In this document: in pieces, positions 8,393-16,863 of the stretch
How positions within the stretch are numbered: the first letter of the stretch is position 1
How the letters are laid out: each line of letters begins with the position of its first letter
Assembly: GCA_016178135.1 (NCBI GenBank)
Contig: JACOTW010000002.1
Span: forward strand, 77,043 to 141,042
Origin: Candidatus Saccharimonadota bacterium
GTDB lineage: Bacteria > Patescibacteriota > Saccharimonadia > Saccharimonadales > JACOTW01
Direction of reading: 5' to 3'
Length of the DNA stretch: 64,000 nucleotides
Translations under genes and position numbers: made by a program
Notes under the pieces: generated by a model
Seen by the model: only the letters and a program-made list of their open reading frames with translations
What the model was told of the DNA's origin: nothing
The model's database searches: none

Positions 8393-10240
8393 ATGATAGA
8401 ACATCATAATGACGGTCTTAGCGTGATGCGACATAGTTTGGCGCATATTATGGCGACTACTATTCAGCACATCTGGCCTAATGCTAAGTTTGGAGTGGGT
8501 CCAGTTGTCGAGAATGGTTTTTATTATGATGTTGATTTAGGTGAAACCAAGATATCTGACAATGATTTTCAGCGCATAGAAACTGAAATGAAAAAAATAA
8601 TTGACCTAGATCAGCCTTTTAATCGAACCGAAAAGCTCATAGAAGAAGCCATTGAATGGGCGAAAAATACCGAACAACCTTATAAAGCGGAACTTTTGAA
8701 TGATTTGAAGAGGGCTGGCACTACGGTGGCTAAAGATCTGGATATTGCAGAGCTTGGGACTATTGTTGAGGGTGATGCCAAAGTAGAAACGGTATCATTT
8801 TATACAAATGGTGATTTTACTGATTTGTGTAGAGGTCCGCATGTGGTATCTACCGGTAAGGTTGGGGTGTTTAAGTTAATGAGGGTGAGTGGGGCATATT
8901 GGCGTGGTAACGAAAATAACGCTCAAATGCAACGTATTTACGGCGTGGCTTTTGCTACAAAAGAAGAACTAGTGCATCACCTGGAGATGCTAGAAGAGGC
9001 CAAGAAGCGTGATCATCGCAAACTTGGTCAAGAATTGGATTTGTTTGTTTTTTCAGATATGGTTGGATCCGGACTGCCTATGTTTACTCCACAAGGCACG
9101 ATTCTGCGCGATCAACTTGCATGTTTTTCAAATGAGTTAAGAGAGGCCTATGGTTATCAGAAGGTTTGGGTGCCTCACATGACTAAACGGGATCTATATG
9201 AAGCATCAGGACACTGGGCTAAATTTGGTGACGAGCTATTTATGGTTAAAAGCCAAGAAACTTCCGACGAACTAGTGCTTAAGCCTATGAATTGTCCTCA
9301 TCATACGCGTATCTATGCTAATAAACAGCGAAGTTATCGTGATTTACCCGTGCGATATTTAGAAACAACTACTGTTTATAGAGACGAAAAAACTGGTGAA
9401 CTCGGCGGTCTTAGTAGGGTGCGTTCAATTACGCAAGATGATAGTCATGCTTTTTGTCGTGAAGATCAGATAGAAGATGAAATTAATAATCTATTGAGTG
9501 CGGCTCAAGTGTTGTACTCAACCATAGATATGAAGCTCAAAGTGAGATTATCTTATCGTGGCGATGGTGATACTTATCTAGGGGATGAAAAATTATGGAA
9601 ATCCGCACAAGAGCAACTTAAAAGGGCTATTTTATCCAATAAATTAGATTATTTTGAGGCTGAAGGTGAAGCGGCTTTTTATGGTCCGAAAATTGATTTT
9701 ATGGCTACGGACGCAATTGGTCGCGAGCATCAGGTCGCCACGGTACAATTGGATTTTGTGATGCCCGAGCGATTTAAATTAGAATATGTGGCCGAAGACG
9801 GCAGCCTAAAAACACCTATAATGATCCACTCGGCATTACTGGGTTCCATAGAAAGATTCCTCTCCGTTTACATAGAACACACTGCGGGGCGATTCCCAAT
9901 CTGGTTAGCACCCGAGCAGTTGAGGCTTATAACTGTTAATCAGGAAGAAAAAACCATACAATTTGCAAACTCTGTATTAGAAAAAGCAAAAGAATACGAC
10001 ATCAGAGCGACCATTGATAACGGTAATGAATCTGTTGGTAAGAAAATTCGTTCGGCTGAAGTATGGAAGGTTCCATATAGTATTGTAATTGGTGAAAAGG
10101 AAATTGAATCTGGTATGGTAACGCCGCGTATCCGTAGTGATATGACGGTGGCTAATGAGCATAGTGAGCACGAAATTGAAAATTTCTTTCGTACAATTGC
10201 TAACGAAGCTAAGTCTCGTATCAATAAATCATCACTTTAA
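8393..10240 (+). CDS. thrS: Threonyl-tRNA synthetase (no N-terminal TGS domain)
   Basis: 615 aa. It shows a second-additional/editing-domain start 'MRHSLAHIMA', class II motifs ('LKPMNCPHH', 'RVRSITQDDSHAF', 'YGPKIDF') and a C-terminal anticodon-binding domain. Confidence 0.9.
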   Translation: MIEHHNDGLSVMRHSLAHIMATTIQHIWPNAKFGVGPVVENGFYYDVDLGETKISDNDFQRIETEMKKIIDLDQPFNRTEKLIEEAIEWAKNTEQPYKAELLNDLKRAGTTVAKDLDIAELGTIVEGDAKVETVSFYTNGDFTDLCRGPHVVSTGKVGVFKLMRVSGAYWRGNENNAQMQRIYGVAFATKEELVHHLEMLEEAKKRDHRKLGQELDLFVFSDMVGSGLPMFTPQGTILRDQLACFSNELREAYGYQKVWVPHMTKRDLYEASGHWAKFGDELFMVKSQETSDELVLKPMNCPHHTRIYANKQRSYRDLPVRYLETTTVYRDEKTGELGGLSRVRSITQDDSHAFCREDQIEDEINNLLSAAQVLYSTIDMKLKVRLSYRGDGDTYLGDEKLWKSAQEQLKRAILSNKLDYFEAEGEAAFYGPKIDFMATDAIGREHQVATVQLDFVMPERFKLEYVAEDGSLKTPIMIHSALLGSIERFLSVYIEHTAGRFPIWLAPEQLRLITVNQEEKTIQFANSVLEKAKEYDIRATIDNGNESVGKKIRSAEVWKVPYSIVIGEKEIESGMVTPRIRSDMTVANEHSEHEIENFFRTIANEAKSRINKSSL

Positions 10241-10269
10241 TTATGACAGTCTGAAAAGATTGGTAAGTT

Positions 10270-11322
10270 ATGAAATATAATCTACTGGACTTACGCAAAG
10301 CTCCCTCATCCCCAGACCAACTAACCTCGGCTGCAAACAGTTTTTCCTCTCTCGATGTACCTTCAGGTACCTCTCCTTCAGATAAAACTGTTTTCGCTCG
10401 AGCTGATTTGCCCTGGGAACGAGGGATTTTGCGTAAGTCCAGTCCACTCGACTTACACAAAATCGTCCGTTCCCAGAGTGAATTGCCCGAAACACCAGTT
10501 GCGCGAAAGACTCCATCTGTTAAATACAGCTCGGAGCCCATATTATCTAATTCTGCGCATTTCTTAGTGATTGTAGGGCCAACGGCTAGCGGAAAAAGTG
10601 CGTTAGCGATGGAGCTAGCTCAAAAATTAAATGGCGAAATAATCTGCGCTGATTCACGAACTGTATACAAGTATTTAGATATTGGTACCGCTAAACCTAC
10701 CAAAAAAGACAGAAAACAAGTGCCACATCATCTTTTGGATGTAGTTAATCCCGACCAGAACTTTACGGTTGCAGATTTTAAGTTACTGGCCAATGAGGCC
10801 ATAGATAACATACAAAAACGAGGGAGATTACCTATTATGGTTGGTGGTAGCGGACTATATATTGATGCTGTACTGTTTGATTATCAATTTGCAGCTGAAG
10901 GCATGCCACGTAATCCGATCAACCCGAGACATCTTATGCAAAAAAGGTCACGCCAGTTACAGGTATTACGCTCGAACACTCTTATTATTGGTTTGGATGT
11001 ACCTCGAGACATCCTAAAACAAAGAATTACGGATCGTGTACAAGACATGGTTGCGGTTGGTTTTATCGAAGAAGTACAACATCTTATGAAAATATATCCC
11101 GAAAGCAAAGCCTTACTAGCCCCAGGCTACAAGGCTTTTAGTGAATATATTAATGGTAATCTTAGTATCGAAGATGCCGAGGCCTTATTTATTAAAAATG
11201 ACTACCAATTAGTAAGGCGCCAGATGACATGGTTTAAGCGCAATAAAAGTATTCATTGGATAAATAACCCCAGTAATTCTGTAGAAATTATCACAACGTT
11301 TTTGAGTAAAACAATAGTTTGA
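10270..11322 (+). CDS. miaA: tRNA dimethylallyltransferase whose only in-frame ATG lies upstream of a family A repeat
   Basis: MiaA core from 'LVIVGPTASGKSALAMELA' onward, with 'DSRTVYKYLDIGTAKP' and 'LPIMVGGSGLY'. The first ~95 codons are translated repeat A3 plus a partial copy. An in-frame GTG at ~10567 is an alternative start. Confidence 0.8.
   Translation: MKYNLLDLRKAPSSPDQLTSAANSFSSLDVPSGTSPSDKTVFARADLPWERGILRKSSPLDLHKIVRSQSELPETPVARKTPSVKYSSEPILSNSAHFLVIVGPTASGKSALAMELAQKLNGEIICADSRTVYKYLDIGTAKPTKKDRKQVPHHLLDVVNPDQNFTVADFKLLANEAIDNIQKRGRLPIMVGGSGLYIDAVLFDYQFAAEGMPRNPINPRHLMQKRSRQLQVLRSNTLIIGLDVPRDILKQRITDRVQDMVAVGFIEEVQHLMKIYPESKALLAPGYKAFSEYINGNLSIEDAEALFIKNDYQLVRRQMTWFKRNKSIHWINNPSNSVEIITTFLSKTIV
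10284..10443. mobile_element. Family A element A3 (full), followed by a ~45-bp partial copy at 10446-10490
   Basis: ACTGGACTTACGCAAAG ... TTTTGCGTAAGTCCAGT. It lies inside the annotated miaA ORF, in the same frame and orientation as the copies in priA and the ROK kinase. Confidence 0.85.
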
Positions 11323-11350
11323 TTTATCGTCTGTCTGTTACAATGGGATC

Positions 11351-11977
11351 ATGATTGAGCAATTGTTTGGGTCAAAGACAAGGGTTAAGCTGTTAAGGCT
11401 TTTTTATAGCAACCCAAACAGATCATTTTATGTTCGTGAGATAACGCGGAAAATTGACGAACAAATCAACTCCGTTAGGCGAGAGCTGGCAAATCTATTG
11501 AGTATTGGGATTATTTCTTCAGACAATACAAATAATCGACTGTACTATGAAGTTAACCAGTCCTATGAATTCCATAAACCTTTAACGGTGATTTTTGGAG
11601 CCACCAGTATGTCCAAATCAAGTGTACCAGCTATTGCTAATGCGGAAACCAAGGACTTTAAAGCTCTTGGTAATGTGGATTTGGTTGTTTATACGGGACA
11701 GTTTACGCGTGATGAAACTGCTGGCATCGACTTTTTGGTAGTTGGCGACGTGAACCATACAAAACTAAATAAGTTTATTGCCGAGCTTGAAACCAAAGAA
11801 GGTAAAGAGATTCGCTATACTGCTATGTCTCTAGCTGAATTTAAGTATCGCAAACAGGTTAATGATCGGTTTTTGTCTAATGTCATGGATGCTAAAAAGC
11901 AGGTGATATACGATAGGCATTTTATATTAACCTCAAAACCAGAAAAGCTGGACAGCAAGAAAGTAGATAAGGAGTAA
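11351..11977 (+). CDS. Winged-helix (ArsR/MarR-like) DNA-binding domain protein
   Basis: The N-terminal 'KTRVKLLRLFYSNPNRSFYVREITRKIDEQINSVRRELANLLSIGII' looks like a wHTH. The C-terminal domain is unknown. A paralogous short form is at 53403-53693. Confidence 0.55.
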   Translation: MIEQLFGSKTRVKLLRLFYSNPNRSFYVREITRKIDEQINSVRRELANLLSIGIISSDNTNNRLYYEVNQSYEFHKPLTVIFGATSMSKSSVPAIANAETKDFKALGNVDLVVYTGQFTRDETAGIDFLVVGDVNHTKLNKFIAELETKEGKEIRYTAMSLAEFKYRKQVNDRFLSNVMDAKKQVIYDRHFILTSKPEKLDSKKVDKE

Positions 11978-11981
11978 TATT

Positions 11982-12608
11982 ATGGAACTACAGTTTTATG
12001 GAGCTAATTGTTTGCGTGTCGTAACCAAGAAGGCCGTGGTTACGATTGATGATAATCTGACAGATTTGGGCCTCAAGTCCGTAACAAAAAATGGAGACAT
12101 TGTTTTGTTCACCGGTTTACACGGTGATGTGCTGGCGGGGCCTAAAATAGTTATTGATCAGCCAGGCGAGTATGAGGTTTCGGATATGTCTATAAAAGGC
12201 GTGGCTGCTCGTGGGCACATTGAAGAAAATGATCGGCATGGTACTACGCTTTTTCGTTTGATTGTGGACGGAGTTAGAATTGTTATTACGGGCCATGTAT
12301 ATCCTGAATTAACAGATGAACAACTTGAGGCGCTAGGTACTGTTGATATTTTATGTATTCCTGTTGGCGGGAATGGATATACGCTTGATCCAACAGGGGC
12401 ATTAAAAATTATCAAAAAGATTGGACCCAAAATTATAATCCCGACCCATTATTTTGATGCTACAATTAAATATCCAGTTTCTCAAGTCAGTTTAGAAGAA
12501 GCAATAAAAGAATTGTCCATAGAGCCTAGCGAAACAGTAGATAAACTTAAATTGAAGGTTACAGAACTAGACGAGGCCACACGTTTAGTTATACTTGAGC
12601 GTCAATGA
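11982..12608 (+). CDS. MBL-fold metal-dependent hydrolase (UPF0173-like)
   Basis: 208 aa with the beta-lactamase-fold pattern 'LQFYGANCLRV...', 'ITGHVYPE', 'PVGGNGYTLD' and 'IIIPTHY'. SD AAGGAG is upstream. Confidence 0.6.
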   Translation: MELQFYGANCLRVVTKKAVVTIDDNLTDLGLKSVTKNGDIVLFTGLHGDVLAGPKIVIDQPGEYEVSDMSIKGVAARGHIEENDRHGTTLFRLIVDGVRIVITGHVYPELTDEQLEALGTVDILCIPVGGNGYTLDPTGALKIIKKIGPKIIIPTHYFDATIKYPVSQVSLEEAIKELSIEPSETVDKLKLKVTELDEATRLVILERQ

Positions 12609-12613
12609 AATGT

Positions 12614-12802
12614 CTATAAAAGACCTTTTTTCTTGAGTGTACGGATAGCTTGTGTACTAATTTTTAGAGTAATCTTCTTGCCATCAACGACAATGGTTTT
12701 GTTTTGTAAATTAGGCTTCCAAACTTTTTTGGTATGACGTTGTGAAAAGCTGACATTACTGCCATATTGTTTGCCTTTGCCGGTTAGATCACATACTTGC
12801 AT
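12614..12802 (-). CDS. rpmB: 50S ribosomal protein L28
   Basis: 'MQVCDLTGKGKQYGSNVSFSQRHTKKVWKPNLQ' is the canonical L28 N-terminus. The start is taken at the internal Met of the tracked ORF. Confidence 0.85.
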   Translation of the reverse strand: MQVCDLTGKGKQYGSNVSFSQRHTKKVWKPNLQNKTIVVDGKKITLKISTQAIRTLKKKGLL

Positions 12803-12938
12803 GGATGATATTGTATCTGTTTTGTCTCTGTAAGTCAATTAATCGATCTCATTCAAAATAAATCTAACCCAAGCCCCATTCGTTCTGTCGTAATAATCTA
12901 ACCTAAATAGCCATACTTGTTTCTGGAGGAAACGGAGT

Positions 12939-13758
12939 ATGGCTATGACTAATATTAACAGTCGTTATGAATATTTACGGGAGGCTCAAGTACTTTACTG
13001 GCGAGCTAAAAAGAGACGCAACCGCCGGAAGCTAACAGCTATTCTGGATGACGCGGTAGAGATAACTGGATTTAACCGTAAGTATCTAATTACTAAGCTT
13101 CGCAAAAGGCTTAAGCCATACCCCACAGGGCGTACTCGATCCGACCCTCGGGGACGCAAAGACATCTACGGTTCAACAGAGTTTCATGACGCTTTGCTGA
13201 CCTGTTGGCGGGCTGCCAATGAGATTTGTGCCGAACGGTTACAGCCATATTTACCTGAGCTGGTGCCGAAACTTGCACTGTGCGGCGAGTTATAGGTTAG
13301 TGACATCACCAAGGAATTGCTGTTAGCCGCCAGCATATCCACTATTGCCAGGCGGCTGGCTCGGGTCAAACGGCGCAGTCACGTGCACCAAGCCGGGTAC
13401 ACTGCTCAAAAGCCAGATACCGGTTCGTAAAGGCCTCTGGAATGAAACCAAGCCTGGCTATCTGGAAAGTGATACGGTTGCACACTGTGGCGGAGATTTA
13501 TCCGGTAGTTTCATCCATAGCTACAACTTCGTAGATATTGCTACTAGCTGGAGCGAGCAGTCCGTGGCCATGGGCATGGGAGAGAAGGCCACTGTTGAGT
13601 GCTTCGAGAAGATCCGTGGCCGGGTACCGTTCAAGGTACTCGGCATCGATTCCGACAATGGTGGTGAGTACATTAACCACCACCTGTGGCGGTACTGTCG
13701 GAAAAACAAGCTTGAGTTTACCCGTTCCCGTCCTGGCAAGAAGAACGGATATGGATGA
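12939..13758 (+). pseudogene. Decayed DDE (rve / integrase-core) transposase in two frames, truncated
   Basis: ORF1 is an HTH-like N-terminus. ORF2 'ESDTVAHCGGDLSGSFIHSYNFVDIATSWSE...LGIDSDNGGEYIN...TRSRPGKKN' is an rve core that stops just after RPxKKN, where an 18-bp hairpin (ACGGATATG..CATATCCGT) interrupts it. The region is visibly more GC-rich than its surroundings. Confidence 0.7.
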
Positions 13759-13956
13759 CAAAGTCATATCCGTCAAGCAGCAGGTATACGGATACCTAAC
13801 ACAACCAACCCATTAGATGGTCAATTTGGGGTCTGGAAGAGACGGATAAACAAACACTCAGGGCTCTCAAAACAACGGATAATTACACTGCTCCGTAGTT
13901 TCTTCTCTGAGGGAACAGATTAGGCTAGCAACATTATTTGAGTATTAACCCATAAT

Positions 13957-14101
13957 CACAAATCCTTTATCTGTTAGAGGACAGTCCTCTAGAATCCTCC
14001 TCTAGAATCAGTCCTCTAGAATCCCTCTAGAATCAAACCATGAACTTCGTATTTTTATATACACAAATCCTGCATCTGTTAGAGGATAGTTCTCTAGGAT
14101 C
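13957..14101. repeat. Direct ~40-bp repeats with the palindrome TAGAGGACAGTCCTCTA plus tandem TCCTCTAGAATC units
   Basis: CACAAATCCT..ATCTGTTAGAGGA.AGT.CTCTAG.ATC occurs at 13957 and 14062. There are 3-4 tandem (T)CCTCTAGAATC units at 13986-14034. An inverted copy at 14874-14893 lies just after the orphan gene. Confidence 0.7.
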
Positions 14102-14168
14102 ATAATTGTTTATGGTTTGAAAAGCATTACTAGGGGTATAAAATGGTTATATAAAAAGGAAGGGATTT

Positions 14169-14858
14169 ATGAGTGCAGACACAGGAGAGGGTGCGGTTAG
14201 TAGATACGAAGCAATTTTGTCAGCAGAACACAGTGCAGAAACAAAAGAAAGGTATCAAAAAGAGGCAGAGTTTTTAGCATTTTATGAACACTTGTTGGTG
14301 TTGGGACGCAATAAAGAAGTTGAACCCAATTTGATTAAAGGCCGTACCACGATTTCTGTACCTGCCTTTTTTGTCCTTGAAGGACATGGGACTAATCCTG
14401 TTAATAGAGCGGCTCTTGGATTACTCCCTACTTATTCATATTTCAAGGGCTACGGCGATAATGTGGAAACGCGCGTTGATGAGCCAGGATTGCGTCAAGT
14501 TCTAGCTTTGCCCGAGAATGAACTACAAGCCGCTAGAAAGGGTAAGGCTATACAGTTTATCGTAGCAAGTACCCTAGGATTACTTGACCCAGTTGCTAAA
14601 AAAACACTTCAAGAAGCTAGCCGTTCTTCTCGCAGTGGTTGGAGTGACGATACAAAACGTTCGCAGGATATTGGTGAGCTTGTTCGTAATGTCCCCAGTG
14701 ATCTTAATGAAATTGTTGTAAGTGAAGTAAGTGACATAGCAACTATGGTAGAACGAAAGGGTTATACGGACTTCCTAGATTACTTAGTTGACGCAAGGCA
14801 AATAATAGCAGATAGAGTTGCTACAATTTTTGCTCACGAAGCACCCGTTACAGAGTAG
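14169..14858 (+). CDS. Hypothetical protein (orphan, bracketed by palindromic sites)
   Basis: 229-aa ORF with SD AAGGAAGGG upstream. I recognise no motif. Confidence 0.5.
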   Translation: MSADTGEGAVSRYEAILSAEHSAETKERYQKEAEFLAFYEHLLVLGRNKEVEPNLIKGRTTISVPAFFVLEGHGTNPVNRAALGLLPTYSYFKGYGDNVETRVDEPGLRQVLALPENELQAARKGKAIQFIVASTLGLLDPVAKKTLQEASRSSRSGWSDDTKRSQDIGELVRNVPSDLNEIVVSEVSDIATMVERKGYTDFLDYLVDARQIIADRVATIFAHEAPVTE

Positions 14859-15356
14859 TTAATGGTTTTGTCAGGATCTAGAGGACTGTCCTCTTAAGCC
14901 TTAAGCTTCTGAAACACTTCCCAGGTTACTGGCTGCTGGCCGACTATTTGTTCTTCAATAAAATTTAGACCGCTGGCAGATAAACACCCCACTGCTTTGA
15001 ATGGACCCCCATGTTCCAGGCTTACAGAGTGCTCTGGGGATTGCATGAGTTTCATCGAACTGGAATGGGTGTGGTTGACCATTGGGCTGTTCTGGGATGA
15101 AGTGGCTGCTCTCCGTAGGAGCATTTCCCAATTGGTTACTGTGAGTCAACACTACGCGAATGAAGTCCCCACCAGCTTTGCTACAATCCGAATACAACAA
15201 TCTAAACCCAGTACAATTACTGGCTGAGATTAGATCTTTACTAACCGAACTGGAAACAACCTTGGGTTAGGTTTTATTGTGAATGATTACGTTAGTTGTG
15301 GAGGTTCTGTTTTTAGGTGTTGGCGACAAAGCGCAAAAGTCCTATATAATAAAGGT

Positions 15357-15974
15357 ATGATTTTTGAGCCGGGGGATATTTTTGTGGTAGCTGTGGCTAT
15401 TTTGCTGTCTATGGGATTCCATGAGGCAATGCATGCCTTTACTGCTCATTGGCTAGGGGACTCAACCGCCAAAGAGCAAGGACGGCTGACACTCAACCCG
15501 CTTAAGCATATAGATGTGGTTACTACAGTCCTACTACCTGTAATATTGATTTTATTAGGGCTACCCCCGATTTTTGCGGCTAAACCCGTACCATTTAATC
15601 CGGCCCTAGTTAAGTATGATGAATTTGGAGCGGCTCTTATAGGTATTGCAGGGCCCCTTACCAATCTTTTTCTGGCTATTATTGCTGCGCTTTTTCTTCG
15701 TGGCGTTAATCTTTCGGAGACTTTAGCACATGTATATCTTATATTTATAGCTGTAAATGTCGGATTTTTTGTCTTTAACATGATTCCGTTTCCGCCACTG
15801 GATGGCTCGCGTTTACTTTATGCTTTTGCTCCTGAACCAGTCCAACGCATCATGTATCAGATAGAATCAATGGGCTTCATGACGGTTTTATTGTTTCTAA
15901 TGCTACTTATTCCTGTGATTAGCCCCGTGATTGACTATGTTTACAGGCACATCATTATATTACTTCTCGGATAA
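15357..15974 (+). CDS. Site-2 protease family (peptidase M50) membrane metalloprotease
   Basis: The HExxH 'FHEAMHAF' lies in the first TM segment. There are multiple TM helices and the second motif 'NMIPFPPLDGSRLL'. The ATG at 15357 is 6 nt after TATAAT. Confidence 0.75.
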   Translation: MIFEPGDIFVVAVAILLSMGFHEAMHAFTAHWLGDSTAKEQGRLTLNPLKHIDVVTTVLLPVILILLGLPPIFAAKPVPFNPALVKYDEFGAALIGIAGPLTNLFLAIIAALFLRGVNLSETLAHVYLIFIAVNVGFFVFNMIPFPPLDGSRLLYAFAPEPVQRIMYQIESMGFMTVLLFLMLLIPVISPVIDYVYRHIIILLLG

Positions 15975-15983
15975 GGCGTATTT

Positions 15984-16144
15984 ACTGGACTTACGCAAAA
16001 TCGTCCGTTCCCAGAGTGAATTATCTCGAGCGAAAACTGTTTTATCTGAAGGAGAGGTAGCCATAGCTACATCGAGAGAAGAAAAACCGTTTGTAGCCGA
16101 TAGAATTTGATCTGGGGATGGAGGAGTTTTGCGACAGGTCCAGT
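15984..16144. mobile_element. Family A element A4 (full)
   Basis: 161 bp, ACTGGACTTACGCAAAATCG ... TTTTGCGACAGGTCCAGT. It begins 9 nt after the M50 stop codon. Confidence 0.85.
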
Positions 16145-16209
16145 TAAGCAGTTTTTAGCCCTGTAGGATTGGTTTGGGGTAGTGAAAAAATGCAAAAGTC
16201 CTATATACT

Positions 16210-16378
16210 ATATTGGCTGGGGAATACCAAGCTAATGATAATCTGAATACTTATCATTCGGGAGTTTAATATTATCGGTAACCGTGGTTACCGGATGAAA
16301 ACACCCACTTGGAATTACATTCCAGGTTGTCATCTTGGTTCTCAGTGAAAAAGCCCAAGGCTTCCTTGGGCTTTTTAC
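16210..16378 (+). ncRNA. Candidate structured small RNA of unknown class
   Basis: A TATACT -10-like box lies at 16204-16209. Three internal hairpins (AATGATAA/TTATCATT, GGTAACC/GGTTACC, CTTGGAAT/ATTCCAGG) are enclosed by ACCAAG/CTTGGT. A terminator AAAGCCCAAGG-CTTC-CTTGGGCTTTTT lies at 16350-16376. There is no ORF. Confidence 0.4.
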
Positions 16379-16431
16379 TTGGTCGGCACTCGTTTTTAGT
16401 TTTTTGACATATCTACAGATACATCTTCTTT

Positions 16432-16517
16432 ACTCGACTTACGCAAAATCGCCCGTCCCCAGAGTGAATCAGCTCGAGCAGATAGTGGTTTGACTGAAGG
16501 AGAGGTAGCCTTAGCTA
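16432..16517. mobile_element. Family A half-copy (A5), ending at its central TA
   Basis: ACTCGACTTACGCAAAATCGCCCG...GAGGTAGCCTTAGCTA is followed directly by a family B terminus. Confidence 0.75.
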
Positions 16518-16653
16518 TAGTCCCCGCAAAACAAATTCGTGGGTTTTTGAAGCAATGATCTTTGAGCCAAAAACTGACTTTTCCGAGAGAGACATATCCT
16601 TAGATACGTTGAACGAGGAAAGGCGGTTTTGGGCCAAAGAGGGTGATTCGAAA
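16518..16653. mobile_element. Family B (beta subtype) element, right end missing
   Basis: TAGTCCCCGCAAAACAAATTCGTGGG...GGTGATTCGAAA. It matches 37633-37796 over its whole length. Confidence 0.8.
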
Positions 16654-16691
16654 CTATTTGTAGTACGATCAAAAACACATAATATCTTGCT

Positions 16692-16767
16692 TGGTCGGGG
16701 TGACAGGACTTGAACCTGCGACCTCACGGCCCCCAGCCGTACGCGCTACCAACTGCGCCACACCCCG
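16692..16767 (-). tRNA. tRNA-Pro (anticodon GGG)
   Basis: Reverse complement: CGGGGTG..GCGC AGTTGGT AGCGC G TACGG CTGGGGG CCGTG AGGTC GCAGG TTCAAGT CCTGT CACCCCG ACCA. Confidence 0.85.
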
Positions 16768-16863
16768 TCTATTACTCGATTATTTCGTATTTTACATCAA
16801 TACTAAGGTTTTTATTAGTAAATCTTGAGATACTTGCGAACTATTATCTGTTAAGATAGTTGT

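Noticed and set aside
14894-15227. Three overlapping 76-81-aa ORFs after the orphan gene, considered as real genes.
   Set aside because: They overlap mutually on both strands within a GC-richer segment adjacent to IS debris. There are no motifs or start signals, so they are more likely pseudogene remnants.
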